Source: a virus (Duplodnaviria > Caudoviricetes). From it: a DNA stretch of 34,456 nucleotides. The notes beneath the pieces were generated by a model. It worked only from the letters and a program-made list of their open reading frames with translations, ran no database searches and was not told the origin of the DNA. The position numbers and the translations under genes were made by a program. Of this stretch, positions 1-8,600 are shown piece by piece; position 1 is the stretch's first letter, and every line of letters starts with the position of its first letter. The stretch spans positions 1 through 34,456 of the IMG/VR virus record IMGVR_UViG_3300002098_000020, one strand, 5' to 3'.

Positions 1-70
1 TCAGCCACTGTGGTTGCGGCTTCAGCAGGCACACCTGACGCTTGTAGAGTGGCAGCGATTTCTTCTGTGG
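1..70. repeat. 70-bp terminal direct repeat (identical to 34387-34456); circular assembly overlap
   Basis: tcagccactg...tcttctgtgg occurs at both ends, and a reading frame runs unbroken across the join. Confidence 0.97.
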
Positions 71-1727
71 TGGCTCCGGTTTCTGCAAGGTGTGCGGCAG
101 CACCAGCCACATCTGCTGTGGTGGTTGCTGTGCCTGCTAATGCATCACCAATCATGGGTCCTACTACACTACCAAGCACTGCCACAGTAAACAGTTTGCC
201 AAAGTCACTGTTGATGAAATCACCAAAACTGGGACCAGCATTTTGAGCATTTTGTTCTGCGGCTCGAGCAGCCACTTGTTGATAGTTCGCTTGTTGATTG
301 GCCTTGCTGACATCAGTCAACTGTTGATTCACAGCGGCCTGATTTAATACTTTACCGGTGGACAAATCAATGTTTTGATTTATGTCACCTGTGTTTTTGA
401 TCCAATGTCCAGGTTCACCAGTGGCCTGGTTTGTAGGTGTGAGAGTATAGGTCACACCACCTGGCATGTATCTAGTGGCACCGGTTGGTAGTGTAGCAGG
501 ATCTGGTAATTTGCTTTCAAAGTCTGCTTGCGCGGCAGACGATGCGGTAGCATCTGCTTGCTGTTTTGCTATTAAAGGAGCATTGGCAGCCTCGGCTGCT
601 TGTTGTGATGTAGTGATTGCATCTGCTCTAGCCTGTGCTTGTGCGGCTGTTTGTGCGGCTTGCTCTGCATTGCGGGCATCAGCAGCCTGTTGTGATTCAG
701 CAACACCTTGTGCTGTGGCAGCAGTTTTTGCGGCTGCCTGTTCAGCAACTTGTTGTGGTGCTTGTATTTTCTTTATGGCTTGATCAATGTAGCCCTGGTC
801 CAAGGTAGCACCAGCGGCCTTGGCTTGTGCCTGGATGGCATCAATGTCTGCTTGGCTAGTGGCTTTTAACAAATCAGCATTGTATGATTGACCTGCTCGG
901 ACGCTGGCAGCCTGTGCTTGTTCAGCGGCTTGGGCATCGGCTGTGGCTTTTGCATCTGCGGCAGCCTTGTCAGCAATGGCCTTTTCAGCAGCCTGACGAT
1001 CAGCCGTGGCCTTTGCGGCGGCAGCCTGGGCTTGTGCTTGACGCTGGGCTTCAGCAACTTTGGCATCGGCAGCGGCCTTGGCTTGTGCGGCCGCGGCTTC
1101 TTGTGCGGCTTTAGCGTCGGCAGCGGCTTTGGCCGCAATGGCTTGTTCGGCGGCCTGACGATCGGCACTGGCTTTGTCAGCGGCTGCTTTTGCGGCAGCA
1201 GCCTTGGCATCTGCGGCTGCTTTGGCATCGGCAGCGGCCTTGGCCTGTGCGGCTTTGGCATCTGCGGCTGCTTTGGCATCGGCCACTGCTTTGGCGGCTG
1301 CGGCTTGTGCGGCTGCCTGTTGTTCCAGGTTTATTTGTGCTATGGATTTGGTACCAGTTGTGGGCGCCGCAGGAGTTGTGCTGGGTTTGATAGCCTGTGT
1401 GGTTTCAGCCTGGTTGACGGCGGCTGTGGTGGCTGCATCGGCTGCGGCCTTTGTGCTGTTGGCAATGCCAACTGCTGTGTTGAACTGTTGGGCATTGCTA
1501 AAGGCAACACCTGAACCTATTGTGGGTTTGCCTGCGTTGTTTAGTGTGACAGGCACATAATTGGTTGTGCCTGGTTTTTGTGCAACCCAATATGGTGCTT
1601 TTGAGCCTCCGGCTGGCACAAGATAGTATGTGGTGCCATCGTAACCTTTGACACTTGAAGTACCTGACTGTGCGGCTGTGGCCGCTTGGGGTAATGTGAA
1701 TGAATTTATTAATGCTTGTGTGGCCAT
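1..1727 (-). CDS. 5' part of origin-spanning 1259-aa putative ejection/internal virion protein (Ala/Lys/Gln TolA-like helical repeats)
   Basis: My translation from ATG 1727 (MATQALINSFTLPQ...AADAKAAADAKAAQAK...) stays open to base 1 and is in frame with ORF 32334..34418. It is missing from the ORF track because it crosses the origin. TAAATA lies 5 nt upstream. Confidence 0.85.
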   Translation of the reverse strand, partial: MATQALINSFTLPQAATAAQSGTSSVKGYDGTTYYLVPAGGSKAPYWVAQKPGTTNYVPVTLNNAGKPTIGSGVAFSNAQQFNTAVGIANSTKAAADAATTAAVNQAETTQAIKPSTTPAAPTTGTKSIAQINLEQQAAAQAAAAKAVADAKAAADAKAAQAKAAADAKAAADAKAAAAKAAADKASADRQAAEQAIAAKAAADAKAAQEAAAAQAKAAADAKVAEAQRQAQAQAAAAKATADRQAAEKAIADKAAADAKATADAQAAEQAQAASVRAGQSYNADLLKATSQADIDAIQAQAKAAGATLDQGYIDQAIKKIQAPQQVAEQAAAKTAATAQGVAESQQAADARNAEQAAQTAAQAQARADAITTSQQAAEAANAPLIAKQQADATASSAAQADFESKLPDPATLPTGATRYMPGGVTYTLTPTNQATGEPGHWIKNTGDINQNIDLSTGKVLNQAAVNQQLTDVSKANQQANYQQVAARAAEQNAQNAGPSFGDFINSDFGKLFTVAVLGSVVGPMIGDALAGTATTTADVAGAAAHLAETGATTEEIAATLQASGVPAEAATTVA

Positions 1728-1732
1728 AATGA

Positions 1733-1738
1733 TATTTA
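1733..1738 (-). promoter_or_regulatory. TAAATA late-type promoter, leaderless
   Basis: AATAAATA-TCATT-ATG(1727). Confidence 0.75.
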
Positions 1739-1768
1739 TTGGTTCCCGGTTTTTGGGGTGGATTACCC

Positions 1769-2716
1769 TTACTGTTTGACCACCTGTGCTGATAGACTTC
1801 TCAGGCCAAGAATCACATCATTAACCTGGATCTCAGTGCCATCCACTGGATAATCATAGATAACTTCTAGAATATACCAGTAATATCCTTTGTCTGGTTG
1901 GTCTACCACAGTTGAAAAAATGGTTTCTAGATCTATGGTGCCTGTGCCTGACAAAGCAGGATAGTTATAAATTTTTCTTGCCACTGTGGCTTGTCTTTCA
2001 AACAAATAATCTGGATTGGTTGGATTGTAATTGGGACCACCAACATATCTGTTGATGGCTACCCAAATTCTTAAATCACTAGGGCCTGAGGTCACATCAT
2101 AAGAAATGGTCTGATTCAATTGTCCTGATATAAAAACTCTATCGGTTGCACCTGTAATAGTTACCCGTGCATTACAATCTGTAGAAATATAGTCAGAATC
2201 ATCAAAATTTGCAGTGACTGAATAACTGACTTGACCACCACTTACATAAGGACCCAAGGGTGTCATGATAGATGCTACTGTGCGTACTATAACATATTCA
2301 GTGGTGCATTCAACCACACCAATCTGATTGATACTGGTACCTGCCGCTCGCAAAGCCGCTTTGTTATAACTGTCAGGAACAATGCCGGTAACATTGATAC
2401 CATTGCCAAGACTGAATGGTGGTGGATCATGTGGTGTTGCAAATGTGTATTTGATAGTTCTATCATCCAGTTGTTCCGCATTGCTGAGATCAAAAGCCGG
2501 CACATACAAATTGGCCAGGCCTGTTTGACTGTAGGGTATTCTAAAATTACCTGTAAGATATGTGGGTGTTTTCACAGGATCTTGACCCACATAATCGGGT
2601 CTATAGGCACTGAATCCAGCAAAGTTTTGGCCAAGTCCACCAGGACCTGACAGCAAGTAGTTCAAGGCATCTGCTACGCCTTCATCATCACCAATCTCTA
2701 CAGGATATTTTGACAT
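1769..2716 (-). CDS. Putative tail/virion protein (315 aa, beta-rich)
   Basis: Long ORF coupled by a TAATG overlap to the nozzle-like gene; position in tail module. Confidence 0.65.
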   Translation of the reverse strand: MSKYPVEIGDDEGVADALNYLLSGPGGLGQNFAGFSAYRPDYVGQDPVKTPTYLTGNFRIPYSQTGLANLYVPAFDLSNAEQLDDRTIKYTFATPHDPPPFSLGNGINVTGIVPDSYNKAALRAAGTSINQIGVVECTTEYVIVRTVASIMTPLGPYVSGGQVSYSVTANFDDSDYISTDCNARVTITGATDRVFISGQLNQTISYDVTSGPSDLRIWVAINRYVGGPNYNPTNPDYLFERQATVARKIYNYPALSGTGTIDLETIFSTVVDQPDKGYYWYILEVIYDYPVDGTEIQVNDVILGLRSLSAQVVKQ

Positions 2717-4668
2717 TAACGATCATCCTCAACTTGTGTGACTTGCCAGGTGGTGGCACTACACATCCAAATGTTGGTGTTTGATGTGTTTGATAATTCA
2801 ATTGTGTTCACACGGAAAGCATTCTGATCAATCTGTGCCCAGGGATTCTGCGCATTGGTTGCACCATTGGCATCCACAGGTATTGTGACAGGTGTTTTGC
2901 TTGTGGGCACTGAACCTACTGAATTGGCGCCTTCAATTGTGACAGTGATATTGCCTTTGAGAGCAGTTTGATCAGGCGAAATTGGTATGTCTGCTGTGTT
3001 CAAGTTTACAACTTCGGGCAAGATACGATGTACCATGAGTTTGCCTGAATAGTCCTTGATCAATTTGATATTGTCTCTGCGGAATGTTGACGCAATGGCA
3101 CCTGTGGGATTGGCATTGCTAGTGATAAAACTATAGCCTTGATCTTTTTGCAAGATCTTGCCATTGGTCACACCAGGTGCATAGGCCACAGTTCGTGATC
3201 CTTTGTTGGCAGACCAAGCAGGTATGGTGGATCCATCATGTGCATAAAAAATAGGTGCTTCACATGAGAATGTGGCACTGGATACATCTCTAGGTGCTTG
3301 CCACACATCTAGATCATAACGATAGGCCAACATTTTGTTGGGCACACCATTGTGAATGGGATTGGTTGCTGAGGCATATTCTGGTCGGGTTGTGTAGTAG
3401 ATTTCAATCTGATTTTTTTGAGTGTTACAATCCACAAACAATCTATCCACAAAAGCCGGATCCAGTTGATCAAACAACCAATTTTTCACACGCTGATTTC
3501 CCAATCCTGTAAAATCCTGACCATCAAACACCCAGACATCTCGTGCGTCAATACCATAAATGGTACGGTCAGTGTTGGCCCAGGCATTTGATGTCAACAT
3601 GCCACGACCCTGATTGAATAAACGCACACCCAAGATAGGTGCTGAAGTTGTGGTGTAGTTGATGGGCGAGAAAACCACTGTGTCCCAGTAACTGCTCAAG
3701 AAGAACTGTCCATTGAATGCAAATGCGTCCACGCAAACACCGCGCAAGGGCACTTCCAATTGGTTGGCAATGTTGGTCACTGTGGGTGCCCAGGTCTTGG
3801 GTGCTTGTTCTAGTCCAAAACTTTGTGACCATTGCACAGTTACAGGAAATGATTGAACTGTATCATCCAAGAGTGTGACTGTGAGATTACCGGCCACAAG
3901 GATTGAGCCCACATTGGGTGTGTTGTAGATTCGCATGAATCCAGCATAATAACTTTTCCAATTGGGATTGTAGTTCCATTGATAGAGTGGACTGACAGAT
4001 CCGCCTCCGGGATAGGCTCCTCCAGGCACAGCAAAATAGTCCACATAGGTGGTTGTACCACCAGCCACTGTGAATGTGCCATTGTAAAAATTATCAACTC
4101 CAGTGATTACTATTTGTTCACCCACAGCAAATGGTGTGTTCACCGCGGATGAAAATGTCAATCTTTGTGTTGTTGGTGATTGATATTGAATATTGGCAAT
4201 ACTAGCCGGAATTGTGTTTGAATACAAGATCATACGAGCACCATCTTCATTGGGCCAGAACATGGGTGGATTCAAACTGTCATTGAAGAATGGAATGGTA
4301 CCAGACCAGGATTCTGTGATGTTGGTGGCCTGTGTATAACCTGCAAATGGTCCTGATGCAGGTGTGATATCCTGCCAGTAGTCATCTGATCCATCCGATG
4401 CATACCAATAGCCTTCTGTGGTGGCCACAATAAAAAAGAATCTGTCATCCAGTCTATAGCCACCAGTCATGAATGTTGGTGTGCCGGGTATGCTGGAAAG
4501 TATGGCCTCATCTCCGGCCACACTACGAATGCCACGCACATCTGATTCTACATTGACACCTGCGTTGTATTCGTTTGGACCCAGTGCTGTTGATGGCACA
4601 TCGGGTGTGAATGACATTTTGGCAAATGGTATTCGCGCTTCTTGATAACTTGATTGTATTTGAGCCAT
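2716..4668 (-). CDS. Putative tail nozzle / DNA-stabilisation protein (P22 gp10-like position and size)
   Basis: 650-aa beta-rich ORF between fibre and ejection genes; motifs such as VQWS, VFDG and YRYDLDVW are typical of podovirus tail hub propellers. Confidence 0.65.
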   Translation of the reverse strand: MAQIQSSYQEARIPFAKMSFTPDVPSTALGPNEYNAGVNVESDVRGIRSVAGDEAILSSIPGTPTFMTGGYRLDDRFFFIVATTEGYWYASDGSDDYWQDITPASGPFAGYTQATNITESWSGTIPFFNDSLNPPMFWPNEDGARMILYSNTIPASIANIQYQSPTTQRLTFSSAVNTPFAVGEQIVITGVDNFYNGTFTVAGGTTTYVDYFAVPGGAYPGGGSVSPLYQWNYNPNWKSYYAGFMRIYNTPNVGSILVAGNLTVTLLDDTVQSFPVTVQWSQSFGLEQAPKTWAPTVTNIANQLEVPLRGVCVDAFAFNGQFFLSSYWDTVVFSPINYTTTSAPILGVRLFNQGRGMLTSNAWANTDRTIYGIDARDVWVFDGQDFTGLGNQRVKNWLFDQLDPAFVDRLFVDCNTQKNQIEIYYTTRPEYASATNPIHNGVPNKMLAYRYDLDVWQAPRDVSSATFSCEAPIFYAHDGSTIPAWSANKGSRTVAYAPGVTNGKILQKDQGYSFITSNANPTGAIASTFRRDNIKLIKDYSGKLMVHRILPEVVNLNTADIPISPDQTALKGNITVTIEGANSVGSVPTSKTPVTIPVDANGATNAQNPWAQIDQNAFRVNTIELSNTSNTNIWMCSATTWQVTQVEDDR

Positions 4669-4674
4669 TGTTTA

Positions 4675-5634
4675 TTAATTCCAAAGTTGTGCTGTTGAAC
4701 TTACACTAACCAATGAAGTGTTTACATTTCCTGGTGAGTAATAACCAGCCGTAACCCATCTTGGTTGACTTGATACTTGACCATATGCCAGGCCAAGCCA
4801 TTGTCCCGCCTGAGGCAAGGTAGAATAGGTCCAAGTTCCTGCTGGATTGGTTGCATATAATGCATTTTTTGTGCCGCCGAAGTCACCTCCAGTGATAACA
4901 AATTGATTGTTGGCATATTGTACCTTATACCAAAAATTAGTATTGTAAGCAGTGGTAGTGCTCCAAGTACCGCCACTATCAGTACTCCAGGTTATTGTGC
5001 CTTGAGTAATACCAAATATATCTTGAACTCCTACCCAATAACCAGCGCCATAAGCAATGTTCCTTATGGATGCGGTTTGTCCTGCGGCTTTCAAAGTCCA
5101 GGTAATAAGATCTGAACTTACATACACTGTGCCTATGAGTGTCCAGGCCATGTACAAACCAGCACCATATCCTACACAACTATAAAGCCCAGAGGCAAAA
5201 GTTTTTGAACTCCAGGTAATACCATCTGATGATGTAGCATAGGTAGTAGTGGCACTGCCACTAGTTGTGGTTCCAACAGCAACATACCCACTGGCTCCAT
5301 ATGCCACACTATAATAACCTAAACTAGGTAAACCTGTACAAGCGGTCCAGGTAATACCATCAGTGCTGTAGGCACCAACACCATTATCGCCTACAGTAAC
5401 AAATTTGTCACCATAAATCATTGATCGATAACCAGTACTGGGCAAAGTGCCAACGGTCCAGGTTTGTCCACCTGTGGTTGAATATGCTGATTTGTTATTT
5501 GTTCCGCCGACCATGGCAAAAGTATTTGTGCCGTTAAAAGCCACATTATTCCAATCATTATAAGCAGGCGCTGTTGGTGTATTCAATCTCTGCCACCATA
5601 AACTATCCTGTGCTGAGGTTGCGGCTGAGAACAT
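4675..5634 (-). CDS. Beta-propeller (BNR/Asp-box-like repeat) protein, probable fibre-associated receptor-binding subunit
   Basis: Repeats YSTTGGQTW, YSTDGITW, TSSDGITW, VSSDLITW, WSTDSGGTW alternate with VAYG..YVAVG; TAATG-coupled to the fibre gene. Confidence 0.75.
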   Translation of the reverse strand: MFSAATSAQDSLWWQRLNTPTAPAYNDWNNVAFNGTNTFAMVGGTNNKSAYSTTGGQTWTVGTLPSTGYRSMIYGDKFVTVGDNGVGAYSTDGITWTACTGLPSLGYYSVAYGASGYVAVGTTTSGSATTTYATSSDGITWSSKTFASGLYSCVGYGAGLYMAWTLIGTVYVSSDLITWTLKAAGQTASIRNIAYGAGYWVGVQDIFGITQGTITWSTDSGGTWSTTTAYNTNFWYKVQYANNQFVITGGDFGGTKNALYATNPAGTWTYSTLPQAGQWLGLAYGQVSSQPRWVTAGYYSPGNVNTSLVSVSSTAQLWN

Positions 5635-8600
5635 TATTGGAACGCCGGTGAAATTGTGGTCAAATACCCTGTGGCATTGGCACTGGTACGATATGCGGTG
5701 ATTGAAATCATTGTGGTTGTGTTGGCAGTTGAAGCCACTGTTGTCACATTACCAGCATACTTAATTGCGGCGTTGCCAGTTGGCATGGTCACAGTGTAAG
5801 GTGTTGAACCTTGTTCAATGATCAAGGTCACTGTGTCTGTTTGGTTGTCATTATTGGTGCCATCATTGGCAGTGGTCACAAAGTTGGTGTATGATCCAAT
5901 GGTGATATTGCCTGTAGCACTTACGCTTTGCACTTGTCCATTGTCTTTGTTAATATCCCAGGTGCCTGTGGTATTGCCGCCTGCCTGGAATGTGTGATAG
6001 GCTCGCAGACTTCCCAATTGGTTTTGTGCTACTGAGTCATCATTCTTCAGGAAGTAGTAGTTGGTGGCCGCACGGTTCAGATTGGTTGAATTCCAACCAT
6101 ATGGTGTAGCATTTGATGGCATGTAATAACCAATCACATTGCCAGCAGGTGTGCCTGTGGTGCCTTGAAATTGTGCGGTATAAGCAATCTGACTAGTTGT
6201 GAATGTGCTGGTTGCGGCTCCCAATTGCACTGTGACCAAAGCACCTGTTGCGTTGCCCGCTGTGCCTCCTGTGCCAGCAAGAAATGTTGAATTGAACGCT
6301 GCCGCATGACTCACACTTGCATTACCCATTGTGACATTGCCCTGATTACCAACCACAAGAGTTTGTGTGCCGCTGTTAAGCACAGCACCCAGGTTGGTGC
6401 CGCTGGCAGCAGTAAGCGTTAGGTTACCATTACCAATTTGAGTAAAAAATCCACCACCCGAAAATCGTTTGGCGGTGTTGGTAATATTGGCACCCTGATT
6501 TAGGTCTAGAAAATAACTTGAGGTAAACAATCTACTTGCATTGTTCAGGTCAGCATTGGCCACTACCTGTGTGCCAATCACCGCCAATTGACTACCTCTA
6601 TTGAAGTTAATGGGGTCGGCATTGGCACCATAATCACCACGATAACCATTGCCATAAACTATACGATTGGGATATACTGTGGCATTGACATTGCCGGCCA
6701 CTGTGCTGTTAACAATGGTGCCGTTGCCAGTGTAATAACTTAACACATTGGCGCCTATGGTGTTGCCTGTAATACTTAGGTTGGCACCGTTGATGTTGGC
6801 AGTGGCTGTGACTGTGGTTGTGGCCAATGTATTTGTGGTATTGTTAAATGTCAAATTAGCACTACCAGCAAATGCTCCGGCATTGTTGTATTGTATTTGT
6901 GTGTTGGAACCGGCAGCATTGGCAGTGGCAGTGATACCTGTCAACTGTGAACCATTGCCAATAAAGTAGTTGCCTGTGATATTGCCTGTTGCACTCACAA
7001 TGCCACCTGTTAGAATGTTGGCACCTGTTATGTTGCCAGAAGTAATTGTACCAGTGGTTGATATTGTGTTTGAACCAAACGCAGCCAGGAATGTGGCCAC
7101 ATTGGCGTCGCCATAACTGGAAGCAACTGCTTGATCGCTCTGAACAGTGGTAAAGTAGTTGACTGTGCCTGCAATGTTGGCAGCCACAACTGTTAAAATA
7201 CTTCTTGAATTGGCCACAGCAGGCACAGTTGATATGTTACCAGCATACTGATAAGTTGATCCTGTTGGCAAGGTCACTGTGTAAGGAGTTGCACCTTGTT
7301 GAACCAGAACGGTCAAAGTATCAATCTCTTGATCAGTGTTGACTGAGTCACTCAGACTGGTGACCATATTGTTATAACCAGTTATGGTTACATTGGCAGT
7401 GGGTGCTATGTATTGCACCTGTGCATTGTTCTTGTCTATGGCAATGCTGCCTGATGTGGCTGTGTCATAACGGAATTCGTTGTAACTACGCAAGGTGCCC
7501 AACTGTGTTTGTGCCACTGCGTCATCATTCTTTAGGAAGTAATAATTAGTCGCGGCTCGCATTGAGTTTGAGTTGGTTCCACCTATGGTTGCAGTTGCCC
7601 CTGGCATATAGTAGCCAATAGTGTTTGTAGGAGTTACGGCAGCAGTTCCTGTGAACTGAACTGATGTGCCCAGGGCATTGGTAATGTTACCAGCGTTGTT
7701 GATTTGTCCCAGCACAGCAGTAGCATTGGCTATGTTGGCACCTGCATAAGTGACCAATTGACCAAAACTAGCACTAGCACCTTGTAAGGTTATATTACCC
7801 AAGGCTATAGTAGCATTTGGTTGACCCACAGTCAGGGACTGATTGAAACCTACCACACCAAACATACCATTGTTGGTGTTGGTAAAACTATTGGCACTGG
7901 CACCGCCACCAATTGCAAGAGCACCCACACCACCTCTAAACAATGACACATTGTTTGTGATATTGCCCATGATAACTTGTGGCATCACAACTAGACCATT
8001 GTATCTAACACCGTTGCCTGTGGTTTCACTCACCGTGGCACTATCCCATACCAGGGCTTTGGCACCTCTAATACTGGCAATAGTAGAATTGACTGGGCTT
8101 AGGTTACCAAAATATCCATTGCCTATGACCATTTGGCCTGGTTGTAGTGTTGTAAGTGCTGAACTGGCTCCTGACCACGCATTTGATGTGTTGAGTCTTG
8201 TGGGACTTGTTGCGTCGGCTGTGCCTATGATCAAGTTACTGAGTGTGACATTACCACTAGTGTTGTCAAAGGTCATTGCGGCGTTGCCTGCAAAGGCATT
8301 GGCATTGTTGTATTGTATTTGTGTGTTTGATCCGGCCGCATTGGCTGTGATGCCTGTGAGTTGCGATCCGTTACCAATGAAGTAGTTGCCTGTGATATTG
8401 CCTGTTGCACTCACAATGCCACCTGTCAGTACATTGCCTGCAATCACATTGCCTGTCACACTTGATACACCATTGTTTGTGATATTGCCTGCTGTGATAT
8501 TACCGCTGACACTCACACTGGTCAATATACCAACTGAAGTTATGTTGGGTTGTGCATTTGTGGTCACAGTACCAGCAGTGGTAGCACTTCCTGCACTCAC

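Noticed and set aside
1-70. 70-bp repeat as a physical terminal repeat
   Set aside because: It falls mid-gene, as expected for an assembler overlap. A P22-like TerL suggests headful, permuted packaging.
10-1560. Plus-strand and alternative-frame ORFs (Cys/Gly-, Ala- or Pro/Lys-rich)
   Set aside because: They are shadows of the Ala-rich repeats in the origin-spanning minus-strand gene.
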